A stretch of 64,000 nucleotides of DNA from Eukaryota sp. GEM-RC1 (Eukaryota). The stretch's first letter is position 1. Each line of letters starts with the position of its first letter. The translations under genes were made by a program, and so were the position numbers. This document shows positions 50,248 through 62,475 of this stretch, in pieces. Below the pieces are notes generated by a model, which did not search any database, was not told the origin of the DNA, and saw only the letters and a list, made by a program, of their open reading frames with translations. The DNA is taken from NCBI GenBank assembly GCA_040285855.1, contig JAUFOQ010000017.1:1488001-1552000 (forward strand), in the 5' to 3' direction.

Positions 50248-52246
50248 TTTTTTACTTTTTTAATAATTTTTTTGACAACAACACTACAGTGTACAGTCAA
50301 CCCTGTCTATAGCGTCACTATATGTCCTTACGCTATATCCAGTTTTACGCTATATCCAATAAACGCCCTGTGCAGTTCTACAAATTGAGTTGAGTCTTTA
50401 TATACAAAGCAAATGAAGAGAACTAGGAGTGGGCCATTCGTTCATTGCCAAAGTAGATGTAACAACCATGACGATGATGAGATCAGCGGTCAACACCAAA
50501 ATGTGGTGATGTCAAATTTTGACCAATGAAATTGAACGAAGAGTTCAACTGAAGACATTCACGTGCTGTAGCTTCACATAAACCATATTTGTATATGGGA
50601 GGAAGGATGAATGATGATGTCTTCACATCATGATCTATGTTCGATCCACCCATCCTCTACCGTCTTCTTCTGCATGTAGGTGGGATACCTATGTCACATA
50701 GTACACATTTTATCATTTCTGCGCTGGTATTTGTTCTTACAACACGATAAACTCTTCGTCTTCGTATCTTAAGGTTATAGTATTGGTTCAGCAGAGAGGT
50801 GATGGCGATACAAGGGAAGAAGTCTTTCAAGTTTGAGAGGTGATAGATCTAAACACCTTTGTTTTGAGGATAGTGCGCCTTCGACGTTATATCTTTACTC
50901 TGTTGACTCTATTCACAAGAGATGTCTATATTTAGAGAAATGTAGATGATGAAGAATGTTTTCTACGTGTGTGAACTGGGGTTGCTTCGTAAGACGATGT
51001 AGACCTTGAAGGAAGATGAGAAACAACAACAGAACAATGATGTGAGACAACGGCTGTCAAAGCATCATCAAGTTGTTGGATATGATGAATAGAATGGAAT
51101 GTTTAGCTAGAGGTACTTTATCACTTCATACTACACTCGTAACAGAGACAAACAGATTGTCGTTCTGAAAAAAATGTCGTGTGGGTGAAAAAAATAACGC
51201 TATAAAGAGTTTTACGCTATATAGAGTTTTACGCTATAGACAGGGTTGACTGTACATACATCTAATAATCAATATCCTCAAAGTCCAAATTGCCTAACTG
51301 GAAATTCTCACCTACCCTATCCTCATAATGTCTGCCAAGAGAAATTTTAATGAAAGTTACTGGAGATGAAGGTTGCCGTTTTCCCTTTTCAAAGCACTGT
51401 TTAGGTATTTTGATTCGATTTTGAACCGTCTCTTTGCATTGAGACACGAATTTGAGATGATGTAGAGGTATTTGTATCTCATTTGTTAATATTGATGATA
51501 GTTTGTATTTGTAAGAGTAAATAAAAGGCGTTTTAGAGATAATAAAGCGCTATACAGAAGTCACCATTCCTTTAAAGATAGCAAACACAATTCGACGTTT
51601 CAAAAATCTAAGATCAAAAGTCCTAGATGTTTTTTTCTTTTACAATCTTCACAAAGATTTCAAGTAATGATGTTGCAGATTCACCTAAAGAACCGTATAG
51701 TGAAAACACAAAAGGGTACAACAAGTAATTCGAGTGTGAAGCCGAATTCAATAATTGCAATTTAGCACAATATTTTTCTTTTTTAAATTTTTCACCTATC
51801 AACAGAGGGTTTTTAGCATTAGATTTAGCATCATTTAGGAATCATTACAAACATCGATAGACATAACATCAGCAATAATGAAAGATCCATCGAGACCAGG
51901 AAATATGACATCACCAAAGCTATTTCCAAACGATTTGTCAACATCTGTATCATCAAACAAACCAGCCAGAACTGGTTCTAAAAAGGAAACTATTCCATAA
52001 GATTTACACATACAATATAATTGATCCCTTACTGAATCATGAACTGTACTTCTAAAAGAAATACAACGGTTACAATTCAATAAATGTGTAGGTGTTACAG
52101 ATTGCCCACATTGGCATTTCAAATTATGTGGAAGGTTATCAGGCCAAATATATGACCGTAAACGCATGTTTAATGACCAAGAGTGATCATCAAGAAGAAG
52201 ACCGTAAACTTGAGGGATTTGAGTAATCAGACATGAAGCAGAAAAC
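50248..52246 (-). mobile_element. 5'-truncated LINE (family E) with A-rich tail and 7-bp TSD
   Basis: TSD AACGAAG at 50241..50247 and 52247..52253; T-rich run at 50248 is the A-rich tail; ORF remnants QIPQVYG..CQCG..HDSVRD..DVMSID ending FEDIDY* at 51262. Confidence 0.8.
50294..51252. mobile_element. Tc1/mariner-superfamily (pogo-like) MITE
   Basis: Perfect 22-bp TIR CAGTCAACCCTGTCTATAGCGT, TA TSD, internal TTACGCTATA repeats. Confidence 0.9.
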
Positions 52247-52457
52247 AACGAAGCGTTGATCAAATTACCTTTTGACGTTTGGTCTCACTGTTTCTCAGAA
52301 TCTGTGTCTAAAATACCTGAAAGATGTTGGACTAATCTTCAGTTTTGTCTGAAAAAATTGCTGCAGAAACTAACAAATATTTTTATTCTAGATGTAGTGG
52401 ACTAAACAACTAAAATTTATCATTAAAACAACACTGGTCGCTATCAAATCTTACAAC

Positions 52458-53292
52458 AATCGTCGAGGTACCTCAGAACAAATGTTAATGACTGCCTTTA
52501 AATGATCGTAACTTAGACCAGACGGTCCAGCTGCACGACCCGAAGGCAGACTTCTAATACAACCAAGAATTTCACTAGCAGTGATGGGATTAGTTGTATA
52601 GTAATCAACTTCTGCAGATGAAACACAATAATTGATAACAAAATCTTCATGAGGAAGAAGTTTCTCCAAAGCAGACAAAGTAGCATCATTGAATGCAGCA
52701 GGTGAAGACTCTTCTAACAAACCAAGAGCAGAAGAGTATTGAGATCGTAGAGCAAGAGATTCAAAACGCTTTTTGAGAACTTGAGGACTCATAGAAGAAG
52801 GCAATCCACTGACAGACTTTTTTAGAATTTGAGCAAACAGACTTGGACAAAAAGAACTTCCACAAAATAGAAGGGTTCCAAACAGCTTTTCGCAAAGCAA
52901 ATGTAAAAGAACGAACAGAAAAGGCAAGGGAAGAATAATGAGCAGGAGAGACAAACGTAGGAATACGGAAAGGTGGTCTACAAGGATCTTTAGGGAAACA
53001 AGAATCACAGACCAGAAGGGGTCTCCCAGCGACGTTGAAACCACAAATAGGAGAAGCACAAAACAGGCAAACCTTGGAAATAACATCAACAGAAGCAGAT
53101 GAAAGAAGCTGAGGACAAGATACAGAGTCAGGAGGAATAGAAGGAGCAACCAGTGTTGCTTCATCTGACAGAGCTTTACGGACCCGACAAGTTGTTTTTG
53201 TGTGCCAAATAGCCTTACAAACAGAACAAGTAGTCACTGAACCTTTAGGGCGACCTCTTGAAGGCTTAACAGAAGATGATGTCATAAGCAGA
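52458..53292 (-). mobile_element. 5' end of a LINE ORF (family F) with AT-hook, CCHC and C4 motifs, running into the pre-RT region
   Basis: SRGRPKG, CSVCKAIWHTKTTC, CLFC..CDSC; after one frameshift LEKLLP..IRSLPSGRAAGPSGLSYDHLK. Confidence 0.8.
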
Positions 53293-53344
53293 CATGAAGA
53301 GAAAAAAAAGTTTTAAAGTATTGTATTTTTTATTGTTTTCAATT

Positions 53345-55320
53345 TTTGCCATTTTGAACATTGATTTTAAAAATGCATTTAATTGTGTTTTAAGATCAAC
53401 TATATCTGACGAACTTTCTAAATTTTTTCCTCAGTTGATTCCCTATTTTAATATTTTTTATGGTAAAGCGTCGAATTTAATTTATGACAAGTTTGATATT
53501 AAATCAACTAGAGGGGTTAAGCAAGGTGATCCTTTGGGTCCTTTTTTTGTTTTGTCTCGCTCTGCAAAAATTATTTAAAATCTTACAATTAGAATTTCCA
53601 ACTGTTAAAATTTGTGCTTATGCTGATGTTTCTTCGCTGATCGCTCCAGTTGACGTTCTCAAAAAGTGTTTTTCACGTTTCATTGAACTTTCTTTGAGTA
53701 TTGGTTTAACAATCAATTTTGATAAGTGTTTTCTTGTTGTTAAGTCTTCAAATGTTTCTAATCTTGGTTTTTGTAATATTCCTATCATCGATTATTCTAC
53801 TCCAATGTTTTCGTTTCCTTGGCACGTTTTTGGGAAATTACGAGAAAATTCATTCAGAATTGGAGAGTTCATTAATTACAATTGAAGAAAAACTAAATCA
53901 AATATTATCTTTAGATGTGAGCAAACATGTTTCCTTTGCTATGCTTCAGGTCTGTTTTTCCGGAAAAATACATCATTTTTTACGTTCATTAGACTATTCC
54001 CTTACTGAAACATTTGCCAAGAAATTTAATTCTATTAGAACAAATTTTCTCTCTAACTTGGCTGAAATTGATGAGTCTAAGATTCCATTTCATGCTTTTT
54101 ATTCTTCTGAATTCGCAGGAGTAGGTTTCACCCATGCAAAAATCATTAGAAAATCTGCTCTTTTAGGAGGTGTTAAGAATTTTATGTTTGAATTTTTGAA
54201 ACGGTTTCCCTTGGATGGAATCAATCTGTTGAATTCCAGTAATTGCCGTTGGATTCAATCTGCTACAGATTTGGTATCATCTTTGTCTCCTGAAATGTGG
54301 GAATCTTTGTTCCCTGCTCATTTGAAGGAGACTCCTTTAAAAATGTTTCATCTCTACCATCTGCTGTATGTAAGCTGCAAAATAAATTGACAAGGAGTTT
54401 GAACTCTTGGACTTTAATAATCGTATTAGCTTGGCTAAAACTAATAGTCCCGAGTTCGCTGCTTTTTTGATCTATCTTTGTAATAGTGGACCTTCTGGAT
54501 TTATTTCTCAAATTCCAAAGGTGTATGGATTACATCTATCTGATGAAGCTTGGATGATCAATATGCGTCTTCGTTTGGCTATTTGGCCTGCAAATTTATT
54601 AAACTATTCAACGTGCTCTTGTGGAGCTAATGGTGTTTTTCGTCATTTAATTAATTGTCGTTATTTTATTCATCTCCGTGCAGTAATTCAGGATGGTGTA
54701 CGTGATTCTTGTTATTCCATGTTTAAAGCACATGGTTTTCACTCTAAAGTTGAACCAGTTTTGAATCATCTTTCAGAAAATGAATTTACTGATCAAAAAA
54801 GAGGGGATCTACATACTCCGTGGCTTAAATCGAGTCAATCATTGATGGATTTTACTACAGTAGATGTATGTAACAAATCTTGTGTTAGTAGGATATTAGA
54901 TTCTTCTTTTAATCCATTAACAGCAGCTGAAAAGCTCAAACACTCCAAGTATGACTCTCAAGTAGAAGAATTAAATGGAAACTCATATTCCAAATTTGTG
55001 TTTCAACCTTTTGCTGTTTCTCTTTTTGGATCTATTAGTCCTGCTGGTGATCAATTTTTCAATGATTTCGAAGAATTGTGTAAAGAAAAGAAGCGTAAGT
55101 TTAGAATGGCTGAATGGAAAAACCGTATAGTGTTTTCCATATATCGGAATATGCCTTTCTATTTTTTTTAGATTAATTGAGAAATTGTACAAGTTTTGTG
55201 CGAAGGTTAATGTTGATAAACGTAATCTTTTACCGGGTGGTGATGAAGTAGTTTGGATTTAATCTTAGTATGTTTGTTTTTACAATTTCATAGTTTTGTA
55301 GGAAGGTTACCCTATTGGGC
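53345..55320 (+). mobile_element. LINE family A, RT to 3' end
   Basis: IDFKNAFN, GVKQGDPLGP, FRFLG, CSCG..HLINC, KRGD, DFTTVD, AEKLKHSKY, PFAVSLFG; 3' hairpin region. Confidence 0.9.
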
Positions 55321-56882
55321 GAATTCAATTTGAGTATCGACTCTTGGCAGCAGAACAGTACTAACCTTCACTATCTTGGTGTATTCGCTTCCGCTATCAA
55401 TTCAGAAACTCTATATCTTTTATCCCTGATTCCGTTTGAGATTCCCGAAGGTGTTGACATTGAAGATCTTTCCCTCACTAATACCTTATTTGGTGCTGAT
55501 CAATTATAAGACTTATTGGTATAAGTACTTTTGAAGTTTGACCAAGGAATTGAAAACCTTTTGTTCATTTCCGGCGACAACTGCAATGTCAACAAGAGAT
55601 TATATGATCTCTTGAATATACCCTTCATTGGATGTGCTGCTCACGGGTTCCAATTGGAACTGAAGCATTACATCTTCTACTTAGAGTCATACTTGATCAA
55701 ATCGGATAAACTTTATGCCCACATGCACACTTCTAAGCATGCCCTCTGTTGGACTGTTACCGGAAACTCATTGCCAAGAAGAAGAAACAAGACAAGATGG
55801 ACCTCATCGTTCGACATGATTTAAGACTATGTCAAATATCATGATGATATCATGAAGTTTGGTCCCGCAAATACTGAATTGATGCTTTCTTTATACGAAT
55901 TCAACACTCTAAAGTCACTTTTGGTAGAAAAGGAAAATGGTTTCAGTGACTTGGAAATCTTGGAGAACGTAAATGCTAGTTTGCAAAGCAAGTCCTTAAA
56001 TCTACAAGATGTGTCTCTCTTATTTAATGTGGTGCACAGTTTTTTCCATCGATGACTCAATATACTTCTTATCCAGCCGGTGTAATGAAATGTCCAGACT
56101 TTGAAATGGCAGTGCCTTCTGTGTTGAGAGGAGCTGAAGGTTCTTTGACAGGTGAACAAAGAGCTTCCCTTCAATCCTTTTTGAAGCCCCCAGTTGAACA
56201 CTCTCAACCTGATGAAACCAGTAACTCTCAACGTGAAAACAACACAGCTGCTGGTAAGAATAGAAGATAGAAGGAGCTTCTCAATTCCCAACAACAGAAG
56301 GAGTCGGTGAGGAACAGCAATTATGTTGACTTGAAGTTCATTCCAGGTACTTCCGTTGAAGTTGAGCGTTCGTTTTCAAAAAGAAAATGTCTCCTTGGTC
56401 TAAACAGGCAGGGCTTAGGCAGTAGGAACCTTGAGATGCAGTTGTTCCTCCACTACAACAACGAACTCTGGGATCTTGAGACGGTCAGTGAAGTGTGTAG
56501 ACAACATTGGTGTCCAGAAGATGAAGAAGCGAATACTGACGAGTAAGTAGAATTGTATTGTTTATTTATATTATAAAGTTTTAAATCTTAATACAGTATA
56601 ACTGTTTGAAAACAATCAAATGACTTCCAATATTTTCCAATACAATAGAAAGAAAACTTTATTCGGCACCCAATAAGGTAACCTTCCTACAAAACTATGA
56701 AATTGTAAAAATAATAATAATAATAATAATAAGATTAAATCCAAACGACTTCATCACCACCCGATAAAAGATTACAAGTATGAACAATAGTATTGTATTG
56801 GTTTTCCAAACAAGCAATATAATTGTATTGATTTCCAAAAGAACAATCCAATATATCGCCAATGCAATATTTCCAATCCCTG
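55321..56882 (+). mobile_element. 5'-truncated hAT element with transposase pseudogene (55321..56546)
   Basis: LSIDSW, GDNCNVNK..PFIGCAAH, NKTRWTS, FIPGTSVEVERSFS..NLEMQLFL; right TIR ...ATATTTCCAATCCCTG; LINE A tail inserted at 56657..56775 (-). Confidence 0.8.
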
Positions 56883-57096
56883 TTTATGATCAATCAGTGA
56901 AATAAATGCATTTACAGAAGTTAATAACTAACAGACACTAACTAAAGTATCTAAACTATGATCCTTCTGTCCATGACCGAACAACTTACCTAAAATTGAA
57001 TTAAAATATCTATGCATTGAACGAAACAACGCAAACGTTAACCTACTCAACCAAAAATTTTCAATGAAAACTTTACACAATTTACCAAAAGAGTAA

Positions 57097-60000
57097 TTTT
57101 ATGTTATAAATTAACGAAATACAAACAACTAGTACTTAAAAGATATTAAATGATCCACATCTACTCTTGAACTACCACGATACAATTTATCCAGAATACG
57201 ATTCAAATACTTTGGGAAACTTCTATATAGGGAAAAAACAATGCGATTGCGCCAAAGAGACTGATTAAAATTTTTCCTATGGTCACGGCACAACTTTGAA
57301 AAGGCATCAAAGAATTTTTCAGCAGCAAATCCAATATTACCAAGAATTGAAATAGCAAAAGGAATGAACTTAAAGGAAGAATACAAATTGGAATTCAGTT
57401 TGATCATTGTGTCAGAATATGTACTAATTTTTTCTTTTTTCAGCTTTGGATAAATGATTTCCAGTATCACTCGAAACTGAATTCAAATATACTTTAGCAC
57501 ATGGATCAACGGTAGTAAAATCTATCACAGCTTGACAAGAATCAAGATATGGAACAATGAGATCACCTCGTCGAGAATTGGTAATATTATCATCACTATA
57601 ATGCTTAAGAAGAGGTTCGATTTTCCCATTAAACCCATGACATTTAAACATTTCATACGTAACGTCACGAACAGCATTGAGTAAAATCGATCTAAACTGA
57701 AGAAATTTTTTGCAACTAACAATGTGTCTGAAGTCAGCTTTTGGTCTTTTTTCACAGCAACACATAGTATTATCCAACAATTCTGATGGAAACAGACCTA
57801 AGCGAAGACGCATGTTAAGTTTCCAAGCCTCATTATTGAGATGAAGACCATAAGGTCTAGGCTGTTGAGCAATAAACGATGAACAGTTTTTTAAATCCAA
57901 AAGAAAAGCAGCAAAAACGGGATTATTTACCTTAGTAACACTAAGACGTTTAGAAAAATCCAAGTCTTCTAAGCCATGTAAAACACAATTTTGCAATTTT
58001 ACCACAGATAAATGTAGAAACTCGATTGACCTATCAGGAATAGAAGAGATTGACTTAGGAAAACACTTGTTCCAAATGTCAGCAGATAGGTTTTGAATGA
58101 CAGAATCAAGAGGACGTAACCACACAGAATTCTGTGCGATTATTTGTGAAAACACATCACTAAATCTCAAACGGAATTCGAAAAGAAAATTTTTGAAACC
58201 ACCAAGATATGCACTTTGACACAAATACTCCGCTCTAGAAAATCCAACACCACCAAAAGAAGCAGAAAAGAATGCATGATAAGGAAGTTTGGTTGAATCA
58301 GTTTCAACAAGATTGCCCAAAAATTTAGTTCTAATTTCATTGAATTTTTGAGCTACTTCCCGTGAAATATCAGGAGGTATAGATCTCAAAAAATGATTAA
58401 TCTTTGAACTAAAACAAACTGAAAGCATCGAAAAAGCCAAATGTTTTTCAATTTTTAAATCTTGAATTGATTGTAATTGGGATTGAAGCTTATTCAAAGA
58501 ATTATACAAACTGTCTAGAATTTTACCTCGATTACCAAAATAGGTAATCGACTTCTAACTGTTCATAAATACTTGAACGAAAAATTGAATTAAATGCATT
58601 CTTATAATCAATATTCAACAAGTAATTAGTGTTACCCTGATTAAACAATAAATCTGCCGAAAGTGCCGCACAAGTTGTGCCATCTGGAACTCCAATGGCA
58701 AATTGATAGGGACGAAAAAAGTCAACAGAACTTTGTTTGACTCTTCTAAAACATACTATCGCTAAAATACGCATTATTGATTCTCCCACTGCTATAGGAC
58801 GAACACAACCACCAGGTTTTTCCAAAGCCACTAGACGAGACGCTGTTAAAGCAGAAGGTAGTTTCCTTCTTTTTAAAATGATATCATTATAAAACAAAGC
58901 AAGATCAGCCGCTATTTCTGGAATGAAATTTGCAGCAACTTTAAGATGATCATAGCTAAGTCCAGAGGGACCTGCAGCACGGCCTGAAGGCAACGACTTG
59001 ATAACCATAATCACTTCCTCTGGTTGGACAGGATTGGACATATAATAATCTCCAAAGGAAGTTAAAAAACCTTGTGCAGCTGGTCCAATATTACCGTATA
59101 TCGATACAGCAAAAGGTTGAAACACAAAAGAATTGTACCTGTCAACATTCAATTGGTTAATTAACTGGCAGTACTTTGTATTTTTTCATTTTTCAGCCAC
59201 TTCAAGAGCAGAAAAATCATCATCAAAAATTTTGGAAATTGATCATGAATTACAAGGATCAACAGTCGTGAAATCCATGATAATTTCCTGACAAGATAAC
59301 CAAGGACCAATCAAATCACCACGACTTCTATCAACTTTTGGCTGATCAGAAAGATTAGCAAGTAAAGGTTCAATTTTTCCATGAAAACCATTAGCCTTAA
59401 ACATCTCCAAACATGTATCCCGGATACTGTTGTGAATAATTGATCTAAAATGAATAAATTGATGACAGTTATCTAAATGGTGAAAATTGAAGCCTTTGCA
59501 CGACCACAAAGACATGGAGCATGCTTCAAAAGACCTGAAGGCCATAAACCTAACCTAAGTCTCATGTTTATACGCCATTCATAATCCTTAAGATTAACAC
59601 AAAATTTTCTTGGCAAACGAGAAACAAATGAAGACGCAGAGCTTGAAGAAATATCATTCAAAAAAAGCATAAAAAGCGGGACTCTTAGTCTTACCCAAGC
59701 TAATACGATTTTTAAAGTCCAAGCCTTCGTGAAACAAAACAAACTTCTTCTGTAATAACTTACGAACATACAAAGGCAATGAGAAAATGCTTCTCTGCTG
59801 AATTTCTGTTACCCCGACAGGAAATATAACTGACCACAAATTGGAGTCAAGATTATCAATTAAATATTGAAGACTAATTAACCAAGGTGAGTGAAGTAAA
59901 CAATGTTTTGTTTAAAGACCTCAAAAAGGCACCATCACGCATGTTCTTAGCTTTCGTGAAACCAATACCACCAAAAGAAGATTATCAATTAAATATTGAA

Positions 60001-60265
60001 GACTAATTAACCAAGGTGAGTGAAGTAAACAATGTTTTGTTTAAAGACCTCAAAAAGGCACCATCACGCATGTTCTTAGCTTTCGTGAAACCAATACCAC
60101 CAAAAAGAAGATTATCAATTAAATATTGAAGACTAATTAACCAAGGTGAGTGAAGTAAACAATGTTTTGTTTAAAGACCTCAAAAAGGCACCATCACGCA
60201 TGTTCTTAGCTTTCGTGAAACCAATACCACCAAAAAGAAGTAGAAGTGAAACAATGAGAAGGAAG
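57097..60265 (-). mobile_element. LINE patchwork: family C 3' half (57097..58530), RT N-half (58532..59050), family G 3' part (59050..60265)
   Basis: RPIAVGE, YQFAIG, IDYKNAFNS; FGGVGF, CCC..HIVSC, RRGD, DFTTVDP. Confidence 0.88.
59851..60240. repeat. Tandem triplication of a 129-130-bp LINE-derived unit
   Basis: Units start at 59851, 59980 and 60110 (GATTATCAATTAAATATTGAAG...). Confidence 0.92.
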
Positions 60266-61970
60266 TGAAGAGTCTTTGTTACCAACCAGATAACTAACAA
60301 ACCAACCTGTCAAGCCTATGCCTTCTTTGTATTGGAAAGAAAACCCCATTAGAGTTGATGAGTTGATGAGTTGTATTTTAAAACTCCCTTCAGGAAAAGC
60401 TCCTGGACCTTCAGGTATTACGTTTGATATGCTCAAATCTATTTCACGTCAAAATTCACTTATTGTTGAAGATTTATGTCTTTTTTTCAACAATGTTTTG
60501 TTATCGAAGGTTGTTCCTCCTAAAGAGTTGTCTGCTTCTCGTTTGGTTGCACTGATTAAGCCTAACAAGAAAATCCGTCCTATTGCTGTCGGTGAAGCTA
60601 TTTACCGTTTGTTTGCTTCTGTTGTCTTTGGAAGAATTTCGAACAAAGCCAAAGATTTCTTTTCACCTTATCAATATGGTATTAAAACCATTGATGGAGC
60701 TTCTGTGGCTGCCCTTTCTTCTGATGTTTTCTTCAATGCGGTTGAAAATAATTGCATTTTCAATTTGGATTTTAAGAATGCTTTTAATTCTGTTAAACGA
60801 TCTGCCATTTGTTCTGAATTGGAAAAGAGTTTTCCAGAATTAGGTTCCTTTTTCATTGTTTTTATGGTCAATCTTCTGACTTGGTTTTTAATTCATTTGT
60901 TCTTAATTCTGTTTCTGGTGTTAAAAAGGAGATCCTTTTGGTCCCTTCTTTTTGTTTGGCTATTCATCCAATCCTGAAAAAACTCAAAGAAGAACATACA
61001 GACCTAGAAATTGTAGCTTATATGGATGACATTTCTTTTATTGCTCCTATGTCAACTCTTCGTATTATTGCGAATCAGGCTGCTGATTTGTACGATGCAA
61101 TTGGACTTCAATTAAATGTGCAAAAATGTTTTTGATTGCCAAGGTACCTGTAACTTTAATTGTTAATACTTTAGAGGTTCTCTTTGTGAACTATTTATCT
61201 TCAAGCTTTAGATTTCTAGGTTGCTATCTTGGTTCACATGACAACATTGTTGAAGATCTGAATGTATATTTGGATTCAATGCGAAAAGAGTTAGATCAAA
61301 TCAAATTAAGGAAATGCAATTGGAAAAACATCTCAAATTCTTTATGCTAAAAATTTGTTATTCAGGAAAAGTTATCTGCTTCGCTCTCTCCCCCCTGTAC
61401 TTACCTATAACTTCTGTAGAAGCTTTAACAAAATTCGTACTGACTTTCTTGCATTTTTGTTATCAGTGAATCCTGCTGCTTTGAACAATCACATCTTCTC
61501 AGATCCTCATCTTGGTGGTATTGGTTTCACTTCGTCTAAATGGTGGACCAAATCTGCTTTCATTGGTGGTGGTAAGAATTTTGTCTTTGAGTTCTGTAGA
61601 CGGTACCCAAGTCAAGAAAATCTTCTTGTTTCGACAAGTAGTTTTTTCTTGGTAAATTTGAGATCAGAATTGTCGCCAATTTCACCTGACCTCTGGCAAA
61701 CTTGTTTTCCAGCAGATATTTGTGAAATACCAGAACGATGTGTCACCTCGTTAAAATTTGCTCTTAAGAAACTCCAAAAATGGTCAAAAAGAATGAACAA
61801 GAAATTTGATTTCAAATTTTGGTTGAATCGTATTGTTTTTACAATATTGAAAAACAATTCCGATCATGATTTCAAAAGCTCTATTAGCTCTCAGTGTTTT
61901 TTATGAAGAAAAAGCTGATGTGAGTTTTAATGGCAATTATTGTTGCTTTAATGATATTGAATTCTAGTAT
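60265..61970 (+). mobile_element. LINE family B RT region plus 3' end (endonuclease deleted near 61780)
   Basis: KAPGPSG, RPIAVGE, YQYG, LDFKNAFNSV, AYMDD, FRFLGC, HLGGIGF. Confidence 0.9.
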
Positions 61971-61974
61971 TTGT

Positions 61975-62330
61975 GTTTATTTTAGTGTTTTTATTCCATA
62001 AAGATAACTAACAAAATTTGTGCGCAATGAATTAAAGCTGCGAGATAATTCGAGAGTTAGTTCAGGCGGTAAACCACGTAAAAAGTGATTAATTTTACCA
62101 CCAAAACAAACTTGCAGCATAGCAAAAGAAACTTGTTTGCCTACATCTAGATCAACGATTTGGTTAAGCTGCTGAAAGATACAATTATTCTTATGTGATA
62201 AAGTCTCCTTAATTTTGTCATCATTACCAATATAATTGCCCAAAAACTTGACACATTCATCTGAATAATTGGCAAACGGAATGGAAGATTCCCCAAAATT
62301 CAAATCAACTGAAGAACGTCCAATGACAAG
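61975..62330 (-). mobile_element. LINE thumb-region fragment
   Basis: KFLGNYIG..SFAMLQVCFGGKINHFLRGL, similar to 53820..54050. Confidence 0.75.
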
Positions 62331-62475
62331 AAAAACAACGAAGCGTTGATCAAATTACCTTTTGACGTTTGGTCTCACTGTTTCTCAGAATCTGTGTCTA
62401 AAATACCTGAAAGATGTTGGACTAATCTTCAGTTTTGTCTGAAAAAATTGCAGCAGAAACTAACAAATATTTTTA

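Noticed and set aside
59851..60240. CRISPR-like array
   Set aside because: No unique spacers; units are contiguous LINE-derived tandem copies in a eukaryotic context
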